From a virus (Duplodnaviria; Caudoviricetes): a stretch of DNA of 64,000 nucleotides. A model generated the notes under the pieces. The model was not told where the DNA came from. It saw only the letters and a list, made by a program, of their open reading frames with translations, and searched no databases. Numbering within the stretch: position 1 is the stretch's first letter; each line of letters opens with the position of its first letter. This document shows positions 48,601-57,429 of this stretch, piece after piece. Where the stretch lies: positions 32,001-96,000 of IMG/VR virus record IMGVR_UViG_3300005077_000001. One strand, written 5' to 3'. A program made the translations under genes and the position numbers.

Positions 48601-50926
48601 AGTAGCACAGATTCCTTCTTTATCAGGGTATTCCACTCAGGAATGGGTACAATCTAATTACTACGACAAAAGTGCAATTACAACAATTAGTGGAGATATA
48701 GTAGCTTATGTAGGTTCAGTCTCTCTGGATCTTACAGATATTACTACTGATATATTACCAAATATGACAGGAGCTTCTGGTGTGGTTTCTGCTCATAGTA
48801 TAGGAAGTCCAACGCAGAAGTTCAGTGATCTCTATGTACACGATCTGCATGTCGATGCAGGGTCTCTTTACGTTAATGACAAGAAAGTTATAGAGGATGT
48901 ATCTGATACAATAACTATCAGAACTGATGAGGACCAGGATCTAGCTATTAAGACACTGGGTTTAGGAGATATCAACCTTCTGTCAGAGCACAGTATATCA
49001 GCCAGTTCCAAAGGGGGTATAGAATTAATAGTCCCTTCTACTCAAGCTGGAAAGGATATTGATTTATCAAACAGCTCTACTGGTGGAGGCGTTTATGTTA
49101 CAGCGGGCGGGGCTAATCAAAGTGTAGAGATTCTCGCCTTTGATGAGGTTAATATAACTGCCGAAACTATGACAGTTAATGCAGCTATTTCTACTCCAGA
49201 AGTTATATCTGCTTCAGGTATAAGGTTTCCAGACAATTCTACTATGTATACTAGTCCCTCTTTAACTGGTTATGCTACACAGAGTGATTTGGCGACCTTA
49301 TCAGGAAATATTTCTTTACAAATTCCATCGCTATCTGATTATGTTAGTTATTCTTATTTAAATACAGTTTCTGGTAACATTATATCCCAGATCCCTTCAT
49401 TAACAAATTATGTTACTCTTACTAAACTTACCACTACTAGTGGAGATATAGTAGATCAATTTCCGTCTCTTACTGGCTATGCCACAGAAAGTTGGGTTAA
49501 TTCTAACTTTTTAGATTCATCCGAGATTTCTACGCTAAGCGGAGTTCTCTCAGAGCAGATACCATCGTTAGATGGTTATGCAACTGAGACATGGGTTAAT
49601 TCTCAATTAGAATCTTTTTCTCCTGGAAGCGGAGATAACGGTATCTCTTCTACCTCTTCTGGCATCGCTGCTCAATCTCTTTCTGATTACACTGTGGTGT
49701 ATGCTGACTCCAGTAATTCTGGTTATTTAAATTTAGCACACTATGACCAAACAGAAGCGAAAGCCAGTGCATTCGCAATAGTCACTCAGTCTGGAGGTTT
49801 AGAACAGGACCAAACAGGAGAAATAACTTTATTTGGAAAAGTATCTAACCCAGCTTGGAATTGGCCGCCCAACACAGATTTATGGTTATCTAGTTCGGGA
49901 ACACTTACTACTACGAAACCTACAGCGGTTAATACTTATGCTGTTCCTATGGGCCATTCTATGATGATCCCACAAGATATTTGGTTTAATCCACAAACTG
50001 GGTGGAAAATAGGAGCCAGTTCTATTTTTGTGGGTGGGCCTCTATGTAGAAGTGCTGTGGAGGGTAGAATAGATATTAACTCTCCTACTGCTTCTGGTAC
50101 TGGTTCTTCTTTGATTTGGACTCCGGTGGCGGGCTACGGAATAGGATTATGGAATGGTTATGAGTGGCGCTTAGTTACTCCTTCTACGATTCCAACTTTT
50201 GATTACACAGGTACAGTATTAAATGGTACCACAACTTCGGGTGGAATAAATTATGATTTATTCGCTGAATATGTAAGTGATGATAGTTTCAATATTGTAG
50301 CGGTTGCATGGGCGGGGGATACTACAAGAAGTTTAGCATTAGGGCAATGGCAAGGTACTTATGTTTATGATTCAACAACAGATGTAGGAAGAAAAAGAAG
50401 ATTCTTGGGAACAGTCAGAAGAAGGTCTACTTATAACTTAGAGTGGGTTGACTCTAAGCAACAACGATTGGTATTAAATAGGTATAACAAAATTAGGAAG
50501 CCTTTTGGATACACTAATATTTATTCTACAAATAGGAGTGACACTAACATTGGCACTTCTTGGCTTTCATGGGATGGGAATGGAGATATATGGAAAAGTG
50601 AAGCATTAACTTCAGGTGATGAAAAAGTCAGCATTATTGCTTCGGCATATCTTGCTCCTGCTATTTCTCAGTCAATGAATCTTTCTGTTGGGTTAGATGC
50701 TAAAACTCCTTCATCAGCTGCAAGTGCACCACATCTTTTTTCAGGTAACCAAACACAACCTATGGGCGCTTCCTTGGCTGCGGCTTACGTAGACAATACT
50801 AGTGCTGGATATCATTATTGGTATCCATTGGTGATAGGCACAACTACAAACCAAACTATTTTTTATTATTATACAGCTACTGGTGCTTTTTTACGAGCTA
50901 CTTTTCAAGGAGATTTAAAATGTTAA
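45686..50926 (+). CDS. 1746-aa fibre protein: GG-x-W-Y-x-D and QIPSL repeats, two F5/8-type (discoidin) domains, shared C-terminal fibre domain
   Basis: Repeats visible; PKNWTIQGSNDGSNWTTL...YRYY and PLTWDFQGSDNASDWTTL...YRYYRF; RKRRFLGTVR. Confidence 0.8.
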   Translation: MTSYSLLDLYNLIQSNPSNTSLSGINGITTYLDGGVWFVDGSSVSGTGSGDVVLIGEGGIYVEQVGDTWYIDGTNISGTGEGISISGLNGIQTSYNSGTWWIDAQEINQTITTASSYIISQIPSLDGYATQTWVNSNFIDTSEITTISGDIITYVNNHSANVSLSGIGGIVTTQSGSVWYIDASSVSGTGTGSTTLSGINGASTSLSGGVWYVSVPTLSNYATYSQLTTTSAYIITQILTSASGISFNGVEVAADGATNTSTTPAIPSSANASYNSWVTNLYDNNPSTEWSAMAGTGWVRYDYGFSTPKTINKYRIQSRLSYDDWPKNWTIQGSNDGSNWTTLHTVTNSTHVPIGNYWSEWYTFYNPSSYRYYLWNITAPWNSVTAVAEFQMVEAINPVSYIYTSADTTVHAGLIAVQQFVPTLSGNILARVPTLSGINGITTTLSGNVWYVNGASVSGTGTGNIILSGTGGIITTQSGNIWYIDASSVSGTGTGGSSTLSGVGGISTTLSGGIWYVDGSSVQGVTGQLAPIVTGSNTFSADGTLITHNLNNINHYTSVTPVVSSAEDAAKIGTIYVDLGVDEDTIYCTGQSDADGLPFIWNASVSGYALVSGTEGTSLECAYCQDGNLYVTGSGIFPHGIQVGSGTLYITSDGIRFSDGTQMTTAVSQINISGTVGISTSYSEGIWYIQGPSLSNYVTASTLDTISGNIVSQIHTVSGTEASQISTAPGRIWDGSYNTSTDYATAQMTGNSSPSPYVASASSESTGYWGGQAFTAFDKESTLFWHSQNGLPNWIQIDLGSSNTKVINKYRVLRRSSGDHTPLTWDFQGSDNASDWTTLHSVSNISYTGNWTAWQTFTNSNSYRYYRFYITASTSSYSNIADIQLVEANIVYTSYDILPNADTLDVFLDNIDNEFYEIETTMSGNIVAQIPSLSSYPTYSYLNTVSGNIVQQIPSLTNYVTSSTLITVSGNIVAQIPSLSGYSTQEWVQSNYYDKSAITTISGDIVAYVGSVSLDLTDITTDILPNMTGASGVVSAHSIGSPTQKFSDLYVHDLHVDAGSLYVNDKKVIEDVSDTITIRTDEDQDLAIKTLGLGDINLLSEHSISASSKGGIELIVPSTQAGKDIDLSNSSTGGGVYVTAGGANQSVEILAFDEVNITAETMTVNAAISTPEVISASGIRFPDNSTMYTSPSLTGYATQSDLATLSGNISLQIPSLSDYVSYSYLNTVSGNIISQIPSLTNYVTLTKLTTTSGDIVDQFPSLTGYATESWVNSNFLDSSEISTLSGVLSEQIPSLDGYATETWVNSQLESFSPGSGDNGISSTSSGIAAQSLSDYTVVYADSSNSGYLNLAHYDQTEAKASAFAIVTQSGGLEQDQTGEITLFGKVSNPAWNWPPNTDLWLSSSGTLTTTKPTAVNTYAVPMGHSMMIPQDIWFNPQTGWKIGASSIFVGGPLCRSAVEGRIDINSPTASGTGSSLIWTPVAGYGIGLWNGYEWRLVTPSTIPTFDYTGTVLNGTTTSGGINYDLFAEYVSDDSFNIVAVAWAGDTTRSLALGQWQGTYVYDSTTDVGRKRRFLGTVRRRSTYNLEWVDSKQQRLVLNRYNKIRKPFGYTNIYSTNRSDTNIGTSWLSWDGNGDIWKSEALTSGDEKVSIIASAYLAPAISQSMNLSVGLDAKTPSSAASAPHLFSGNQTQPMGASLAAAYVDNTSAGYHYWYPLVIGTTTNQTIFYYYTATGAFLRATFQGDLKC

Positions 50927-50936
50927 GGATATTAAA

Positions 50937-51692
50937 ATGTCAATAATTTCATCTACAATTGGTCAATCATATCCATATCAAATGTATAGAAAAAGGAAAT
51001 ATACTCAAGATGAGGATTTTTTTGATACTCCAAATATATTGAATTCTTTTATTGCTGGATTTATAGCAGCGGACGGAAATGTTAGAAGAAAAAGTGGTTC
51101 TTCAAATAATTCAACTTTATCAATTAATATATCAAAAAAAGATATAGATTATTTAAGAAACATTAAAATGATAACAAAAGCTTCTTCACCTATTACATTT
51201 AGATCTCGTTTAACTTGTTGTGGTAATGAAATTGATCTTATTGATTGGCATGTATACTCTAGAAAGTGGTTAAATGATCTAGAGAGTAATTTTGGTATTG
51301 TTGAAAATAAAAGACGTAATAGCATAGCTCCTATAAAATTGGTTGGTGAAAATCGTTTGGCTTTTATAATTGGGTATATAGATGGGGATGGTTGTATTAC
51401 CGTATTAAAGTATAAATATGGAAAAAATAAGGATTTGGTGTACAAAAGTCTTAGAATTGGTATTGCTGGTCAGGAACCGATGCTATTATGGATAAAAGAT
51501 GTTTTTGATGAGATTTGTCCACCTACTAACAAAATCTCTAATGTATTAAAACACACAGCATCAAATTCTTATGCTTATATACTAGCTGGTGAAAGAGCTA
51601 GACGGATTTATGAAATTCTTGAACCAATTAAATTACCAAAAATGGATAGAAAATGGTCTAGAACTAGACTAATTGAATTAGGAGTCTTGTAA
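50937..51692 (+). CDS. LAGLIDADG homing endonuclease
   Basis: AGFIAADGNV; IGYIDGDGCI; MDRKW; N-terminus mirrors downstream gene. Confidence 0.85.
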   Translation: MSIISSTIGQSYPYQMYRKRKYTQDEDFFDTPNILNSFIAGFIAADGNVRRKSGSSNNSTLSINISKKDIDYLRNIKMITKASSPITFRSRLTCCGNEIDLIDWHVYSRKWLNDLESNFGIVENKRRNSIAPIKLVGENRLAFIIGYIDGDGCITVLKYKYGKNKDLVYKSLRIGIAGQEPMLLWIKDVFDEICPPTNKISNVLKHTASNSYAYILAGERARRIYEILEPIKLPKMDRKWSRTRLIELGVL

Positions 51693-53461
51693 TGTCAATA
51701 ATAACTTCTCCAATAGGAAGCGATTACCCATTTGGTATGAATGCAGATGTATCTCTTACTAGAACTTCAGCATCTGGTATTCAATTAGCTGGTGTCTATG
51801 GTTCTAGTGGAAGAATATTTATAAGAGATGTTGTTATAGATTGTAATAATCCATTAGTAATTTATACAAACTCTTCTAATGATTATATTATCACTGGGAC
51901 ATCTGTGGTAACTAAAGGTGGAGCATTCTCTACTTTAACATCTGGCTATTCAGACTATTCCCTACTTTATGTATACTTGTGTAATTACAGTGCTTGTTGG
52001 AATTTTTCTGGGTATAACAGACAGGGACAGTTAATCATTTCGTCCACCGCCCCACAAAATAGTGGGTATATGTATGATTATGGAGATGGAGCCAATGCTC
52101 GCCATGTAGGGTGGGTTACATTAAACACTAGTAGACAAATGGACCATAATTTAAGTATTGCTTCGGTATTTAATCCAATACCTCAGACTGTTCAATTAAT
52201 TGGAACTGATGCTGGATGGACAGGTATTAATACGGGAAGTAATTATTACACAACCATCCCTGGGTGTAGCACTAGAATAATAGTCCCTATTAATACTGAA
52301 TATGATATAAAAGGATCAAGTGCTTTTTATAATGATCATGGTACACTAGTAGCGGTAGATTTAAGAACATATGTAGATTCTTCACTTAAACATATTGGTT
52401 GGTTAGGTAATGTTAATAATGCAGGAGGCTACACAAGGCTGGGTACTTCGCATACCTTTTTTAATGAAACTGTTACTTCTGGAACATCTATAAAATTGAT
52501 TGAATTGAAATGGCTAACTAGCGGTGGCGGGGCTCCTCAGTACTACGGCCCATTTAGCTATTTACAGATAGATAGAAAAACTCCCTCTCAGCAATCTGGG
52601 TTCACCCGTAATTATACCTCTGATTATGAGTCTATTGCAAGAACTACCAATGGAGGGCGGCTGGAATACGTAAGCACAACCAGTTTAGAGTGGCAACCTC
52701 ACACTAATGGATCAATAGGGTTATATAATGGATTGAATTGGGTAATTTGTACACCCTCAACAAACCCATCTTTAGCAAACAATGCTACAACCATAAGTGG
52801 GGCGGCTCTAACCTATGATAAAAACTATGATATATTTGCTCGGTACATATCTGAGACTTCTCTTACTTTGGAGGCTCAAGAGTGGGCTACAAACACAGGA
52901 AGATATACTGTACCGTCTAGGTTTCAAGGTATACTAGTAGAGAATTCTACAACTGATTTAGGTAGACAAAGGAGATTTTTAGGTACGGTTAGATTAATAA
53001 ATTCTTCTGGTGCTAAATTTGTTGACAGTGAAACAAGACGGTATGTTTCTAACTATTATAATAGAAAACAACAATATCTATATTTGTTTGTGTCTGGTGG
53101 GGGTACCACTTTTAACAGCTTAAATCTAGCTCTTTGGACTAATTGGGCATCTCCTGGTATTGCTTTAGTTATATGTGATACTGCTGTCATTAATGTAATT
53201 GGTGAGGGTCAGGCTAACACAACTTCGGATTCCCGTAGACCACAGTATAGTATATACTATGATGGGGCTATTTCAGGGGATTCTGCTTATAATGGGTGGG
53301 ATGCCAACACTTGGAATAAACAAAATTCTATATTATCAACTACTGTAAGTGGAGTTGCAGGTTATCATTATTTTGATTTTTATAAGTGCCTTAATGGTTC
53401 TTCCACTTCTAATACATCTGCTCAATGGGGTGCTTACTTACGAGGAACATTTACGGGGTAA
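51692..53461 (+). CDS. fibre/adhesin protein with shared fibre domain
   Basis: GGRLEY...IGLYNG...NYDIFARY...RQRRFLGTVR...GYHYF. Confidence 0.7.
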   Translation: MSIITSPIGSDYPFGMNADVSLTRTSASGIQLAGVYGSSGRIFIRDVVIDCNNPLVIYTNSSNDYIITGTSVVTKGGAFSTLTSGYSDYSLLYVYLCNYSACWNFSGYNRQGQLIISSTAPQNSGYMYDYGDGANARHVGWVTLNTSRQMDHNLSIASVFNPIPQTVQLIGTDAGWTGINTGSNYYTTIPGCSTRIIVPINTEYDIKGSSAFYNDHGTLVAVDLRTYVDSSLKHIGWLGNVNNAGGYTRLGTSHTFFNETVTSGTSIKLIELKWLTSGGGAPQYYGPFSYLQIDRKTPSQQSGFTRNYTSDYESIARTTNGGRLEYVSTTSLEWQPHTNGSIGLYNGLNWVICTPSTNPSLANNATTISGAALTYDKNYDIFARYISETSLTLEAQEWATNTGRYTVPSRFQGILVENSTTDLGRQRRFLGTVRLINSSGAKFVDSETRRYVSNYYNRKQQYLYLFVSGGGTTFNSLNLALWTNWASPGIALVICDTAVINVIGEGQANTTSDSRRPQYSIYYDGAISGDSAYNGWDANTWNKQNSILSTTVSGVAGYHYFDFYKCLNGSSTSNTSAQWGAYLRGTFTG

Positions 53462-53465
53462 ATTT

Positions 53466-54584
53466 ATGACTATATATAATGATTATAGATTACAAGAACA
53501 AATAAATAATATTTCAATAAGTGGCACTACTGGTTCTGGTACAGCAGAATTATATGGAACTGGCGGTATTACTACAGAATTAATTGATGGAGTTTGGTAC
53601 ATTGATGGTTCTACAATATCTGGTGGAGGTCCTGGTACAGATTATACTTTTGTAGGAGCAGGAAGCGTCCAAGTAACTCAAGTAGATTCCTTAGTAACTA
53701 TTAGTGGTCAGTTAAGTGCTTTTGCTCGTTCTATGGTTGGGGGAAGATTAGACATTTATAATATAACTTCGAGTGGTACTGGTACCCAGTTGTATTGGAA
53801 TTCTGTTATTTCTTCAGATATAGGATTATATAATGGAACAATTTGGGAATATGTAACACCTTCAGGCAGTATATATTTAAATAGTAACTCTACAACAATT
53901 AGTGGTGCTACTATGTCTGGCGGAATTAACTATGATGTATTTGCTGAGTATTTTTCTTCAAATAACTTTAACTTAGTAATACAGGAATGGGCTTCAAGCA
54001 CAGGCAGGTACACCTCTTTATCTACATTTGAAGGGGTATATGTCTATGACTTATCAACTCAAGGTAAAAAAAGAAGGTACTTGGGTACAGTCAGAAGAAG
54101 AAGCACATATAATTTAGAGTTTGTTGACTCGCCAAATCAAAGATTATTAATGAATTATTATAATAAATTAAGTAAAAATTTTAATGTGATGCCTTTGACA
54201 GCATTTACTACACAAACCATTAGTGTTACTTCTTGGCAATCTTGGGTTAATGACGGAGAATTATTTAAAGTAGAGTTTTTATCAGATGGTATAAATATAA
54301 TAAAACTGGATGGGTATATTTCTGGAGAACCAGGTACTATGTGTGCTTGGGGTATTGATTCTAAAACGGTTGCTACTAATGATAGTTTTGCAATACAAGA
54401 TTGGGGCGCAGGAGGCCAAGGTATGATTACAGAATACAGAGGTTTTCCGTCTGCAGGGTATCATTATGCTTACCCTCTCATTAAAAAAAGGAGTGATAAA
54501 GGTAATTTTACTATGTTTTGGTGTGAACCGGAAGGTTCTTATTTTAGAGCTAGAGCCCAAGTACTTGGTGATATCTTGTGTTAG
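53466..54584 (+). CDS. fibre/adhesin protein with shared fibre domain (track start 53349 overlaps previous gene; ATG 53466 preferred)
   Basis: GGRLDI...IGLYNG...NYDVFAEY...KRRYLGTVR...GYHYAYP. Confidence 0.7.
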   Translation: MTIYNDYRLQEQINNISISGTTGSGTAELYGTGGITTELIDGVWYIDGSTISGGGPGTDYTFVGAGSVQVTQVDSLVTISGQLSAFARSMVGGRLDIYNITSSGTGTQLYWNSVISSDIGLYNGTIWEYVTPSGSIYLNSNSTTISGATMSGGINYDVFAEYFSSNNFNLVIQEWASSTGRYTSLSTFEGVYVYDLSTQGKKRRYLGTVRRRSTYNLEFVDSPNQRLLMNYYNKLSKNFNVMPLTAFTTQTISVTSWQSWVNDGELFKVEFLSDGINIIKLDGYISGEPGTMCAWGIDSKTVATNDSFAIQDWGAGGQGMITEYRGFPSAGYHYAYPLIKKRSDKGNFTMFWCEPEGSYFRARAQVLGDILC

Positions 54585-54823
54585 CTTGGCATGAGTATGA
54601 GTGTAAATTTGTGTCTTTTACTTAAAAAAGGATTACTATTTGTTATTTAATCCTATTTAACTAACCTATTTAATTTAAATAGAATTATAGGGTGATATTA
54701 GTGACCCTTTAATAATATAGGAAAAGGTCAGTCATGGTTTTATTTATATAATTAATTTAGGGGGCTTTATTAGTTATATAAGAAATTATGAACCAAGATT
54801 AATTTTTTGGGGGTATAGATTAG

Positions 54824-55486
54824 ATGGATAAAAAGCTTTTAAAGCAAATAAAAGAGAAAATTAGAGCAGATGTTGCTACTATTTTTTCTTCTGAAGACAT
54901 TAGTACCCAGCAAAAAGCTCTTGAGGAGTTACTTGAGGAGTCAGCACTTCGTATGGCTGATTTAGTCGATCAGTCTTCTGCAAAGGAGGTTGAGGTGGCT
55001 GAAAAAGTTTCCGAAATTGAAACTCTAACTACTAAAGTAGATGTTTTAATGAAGGAAGTCGAAGCTATTAAGTCTGAGTCTACAAAGGCTTCCAAGGCTT
55101 TATCTGATGTTACTGCTGAGCGTGATGCTCTAAAATCTCAAATGGATGAGATTAATAAGCAGCTAATAATGGACAATAGGGTAAAAGATCTAGAGTCTGC
55201 TGGAGTTCTTCGTTCTGGTGAAGCAGCTGATAAGCAGAAAGCTTATATTGGCAAGCTATCAGATGAGGAGTTCGCAGATTATCGGGAGCATCTTGTTGAA
55301 ACAAAGACAGATCTTGAGACAGCTATTAAGGCAGCTCTTGCTTCTTCTAGTTCTGATACGACTGACGGGAAAGACACAGCCAGTGCTACTGCTCCAGTAG
55401 TTAGTGGTAAAGAATTGGCTGCTATTAATTCAACGGTGAAGCTTACTAAAGAAGATAAAGAAAAGTATGCTTCATTATTCAAATAA
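54824..55486 (+). CDS. putative capsid scaffolding protein
   Basis: Acidic coiled coil two genes upstream of MCP. Confidence 0.6.
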   Translation: MDKKLLKQIKEKIRADVATIFSSEDISTQQKALEELLEESALRMADLVDQSSAKEVEVAEKVSEIETLTTKVDVLMKEVEAIKSESTKASKALSDVTAERDALKSQMDEINKQLIMDNRVKDLESAGVLRSGEAADKQKAYIGKLSDEEFADYREHLVETKTDLETAIKAALASSSSDTTDGKDTASATAPVVSGKELAAINSTVKLTKEDKEKYASLFK

Positions 55487-55504
55487 TAGTCGGAGGTAAT
55501 TTTT

Positions 55505-56026
55505 ATGTTACAATTTCGATCAGGCTATAATGCGAATATGTTTTGCCGTCATGATGAAACTCAAACCTCCACTTATTATAACTGGAGAGGAGAAGAAACA
55601 GCTCTAGTTGCTGAAGCTGGCAATGTTGCCGTAATAACTGGATGCGACGGTGAGACTACAAAAGTCAAAAGGATGTCTGCCTGTACTGAAAAACCTTTTG
55701 GTCTTTTGATGCAGGATGTTAGGAAAGCTTATGATCACGCTTATATGCCTTGGGGCTATATTAAGCCTTTTGATCTAAGTTCTCAGCTAGCATTTATCGG
55801 TGGGCCTGTTGCAGTTGCCCACTTAGGAATTCACGATACTACAGCGTATGATGGTTCAATGGCCGGTGTTACCGCTGGTTCTTTACTCTATCCAACTGCT
55901 AGTGGTACTTTATCCACTACTTCTGGAAGTAATAACTGCGCCACTGCAATTGCAGTTGCCATGAGTACTCTAACAGAAGCTCAGGTTGAGATGGGTCGTA
56001 TGCTTAGAATTAAGCTCTTAATTTAA
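55505..56026 (+). CDS. putative head decoration/cement protein
   Basis: Between scaffold and MCP; PFGLLMQDV...GSLLYPTASGTL. Confidence 0.6.
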   Translation: MLQFRSGYNANMFCRHDETQTSTYYNWRGEETALVAEAGNVAVITGCDGETTKVKRMSACTEKPFGLLMQDVRKAYDHAYMPWGYIKPFDLSSQLAFIGGPVAVAHLGIHDTTAYDGSMAGVTAGSLLYPTASGTLSTTSGSNNCATAIAVAMSTLTEAQVEMGRMLRIKLLI

Positions 56027-56041
56027 GGGTGTAAGGAGGAG

Positions 56042-57130
56042 TTGTTTAAGATGGAACTATCTTTAGCAGATCGACAACAGCTACTGAGAGAAACTGCTGG
56101 TACGACTCTTGAAGCACAGCTTAAGTTTCATGAGCTTGCTCAAGCTATGACAGGACCAATCCTGCAAAAGCTGGAAGAAGAGTCTATCATGCGTCAGTTA
56201 TTCACAGTAGAGAGGCTAGCGCCTGGGGCCCAGCCTGAGTATCCTGTTGCCACTGATTTCGAGACTCCAGTATGGATTCTCCCTCAGTTTGGCTATATAG
56301 CACAGAATTATGTAGAAGGTTTAGGGGAAAGTGTATTCGTTCCAACCTTTAATCTATCTGCTTCAAACAACTGGAAAGTAGATTATGCACGCGATGGTCG
56401 TATTGATATCGTCAATAAGGCTAAAGATGCAACTGCTCGTCAGTTAGCTGAAATGGAAGAAGAATGTGGTTGGCGTGTAATTGCTCCTGCCGTTACTACA
56501 AATTTTGGTGGTATGGGTATTCTTGCTCCACGTCCCGCGCCTATTTATCAGATGCCGTCTAGCGATCCCGCCAGCGGCTATCTTTCAAAAGAACTTATCA
56601 ATAGAATGATTGTTGGTATGGATCGACTTGGAAGAGAACTTAATGAATTATGGGTATCTCCTGAAGATCTCGCAGATATTCGAGAATGGACAGATACCGA
56701 TGTTGATCCTATTACTCGTAGGGAAATTTTCCAAGCAGCGGGTATGGGTAAAATCTGGAACGTAACTTTACGAAAAGTGCGTAATCTAGGTGTCAAAGGT
56801 AAGTATAATATCAATGACAAGACCTCTCTGTATGGTCCTTTCAAGGGTAAGGCTGCTGATAATACATTCAATAATTATACCGTTACAAATGGTAATATTC
56901 TTGATGTATACGGTAATCTAGATACTCCTGGTGAGACCCAGATTTATGGATTTGATGTTACATTTACTGATGCACTTGTAATGCCAGTACGTAAGGAGTA
57001 CGAACCTATTGATGATCCTGCTCTTCTAAGACAGCAGCTTCAGGGTTATTTCGGCTGGTCCACCCTCGGATTCGGCATTTTAGACAGTCGCTCAATCTGT
57101 ATGGGAATCATTGATAGGGCTACTTCCTAA
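56042..57130 (+). CDS. major capsid protein (HK97 fold expected)
   Basis: Strong AAGGAGG RBS; position after scaffold/decoration; size 362 aa; terminator shortly downstream. Confidence 0.8.
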   Translation: MFKMELSLADRQQLLRETAGTTLEAQLKFHELAQAMTGPILQKLEEESIMRQLFTVERLAPGAQPEYPVATDFETPVWILPQFGYIAQNYVEGLGESVFVPTFNLSASNNWKVDYARDGRIDIVNKAKDATARQLAEMEEECGWRVIAPAVTTNFGGMGILAPRPAPIYQMPSSDPASGYLSKELINRMIVGMDRLGRELNELWVSPEDLADIREWTDTDVDPITRREIFQAAGMGKIWNVTLRKVRNLGVKGKYNINDKTSLYGPFKGKAADNTFNNYTVTNGNILDVYGNLDTPGETQIYGFDVTFTDALVMPVRKEYEPIDDPALLRQQLQGYFGWSTLGFGILDSRSICMGIIDRATS

Positions 57131-57144
57131 GGAGGCACGATATA

Positions 57145-57348
57145 ATGTTTACATTAGACCTTAATGGAAAGATTCAAGAAACATATGTTAATGGTTGGTA
57201 TGACGGAATGGCTGCTCATCGTTATGGCTGGCTTGGTTTTTGGGGCATGGTCAATTGCAACCCTATGACTCGAATGGCTGTAATCGCAGATCGCCTTAAA
57301 TATCAAGGGGATGGAACTGATTATCATTGGGCTATCCTGTGGTCATAA
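57145..57348 (+). CDS. small aromatic-rich protein co-transcribed with MCP
   Basis: TAAGGAGG RBS; lies between MCP and the terminator. Confidence 0.7.
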   Translation: MFTLDLNGKIQETYVNGWYDGMAAHRYGWLGFWGMVNCNPMTRMAVIADRLKYQGDGTDYHWAILWS

Positions 57349-57377
57349 TTAACTAACTACTAACATATAGTAGAATG

Positions 57378-57414
57378 AAAGAGAAGAGAGAAGAAATTCT
57401 CTCTTTTCTTTTAA
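57378..57414 (+). terminator. intrinsic terminator of capsid operon
   Basis: AAGAGAGAA-GAAA-TTCTCTCTT stem with GNRA loop and T-rich tail. Confidence 0.75.
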
Positions 57415-57429
57415 AAAAGGAGGGACAGT

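Noticed and set aside
53349-53465. Hydrophobic N-terminal extension (apparent TM) of the last fibre gene
   Set aside because: Overlaps the previous gene in another frame; ATG 53466 follows its stop and is the more plausible start
40333-54584. Diversity-generating retroelement acting on fibre C-termini
   Set aside because: No reverse transcriptase and no template/variable repeat pair differing only at adenines in this window
57145-57348. Small post-MCP ORF as a duplicate of the MCP C-terminus (GWLGF vs GYFGW; IADR vs IIDR)
   Set aside because: Similarity too short and gapped to support by eye
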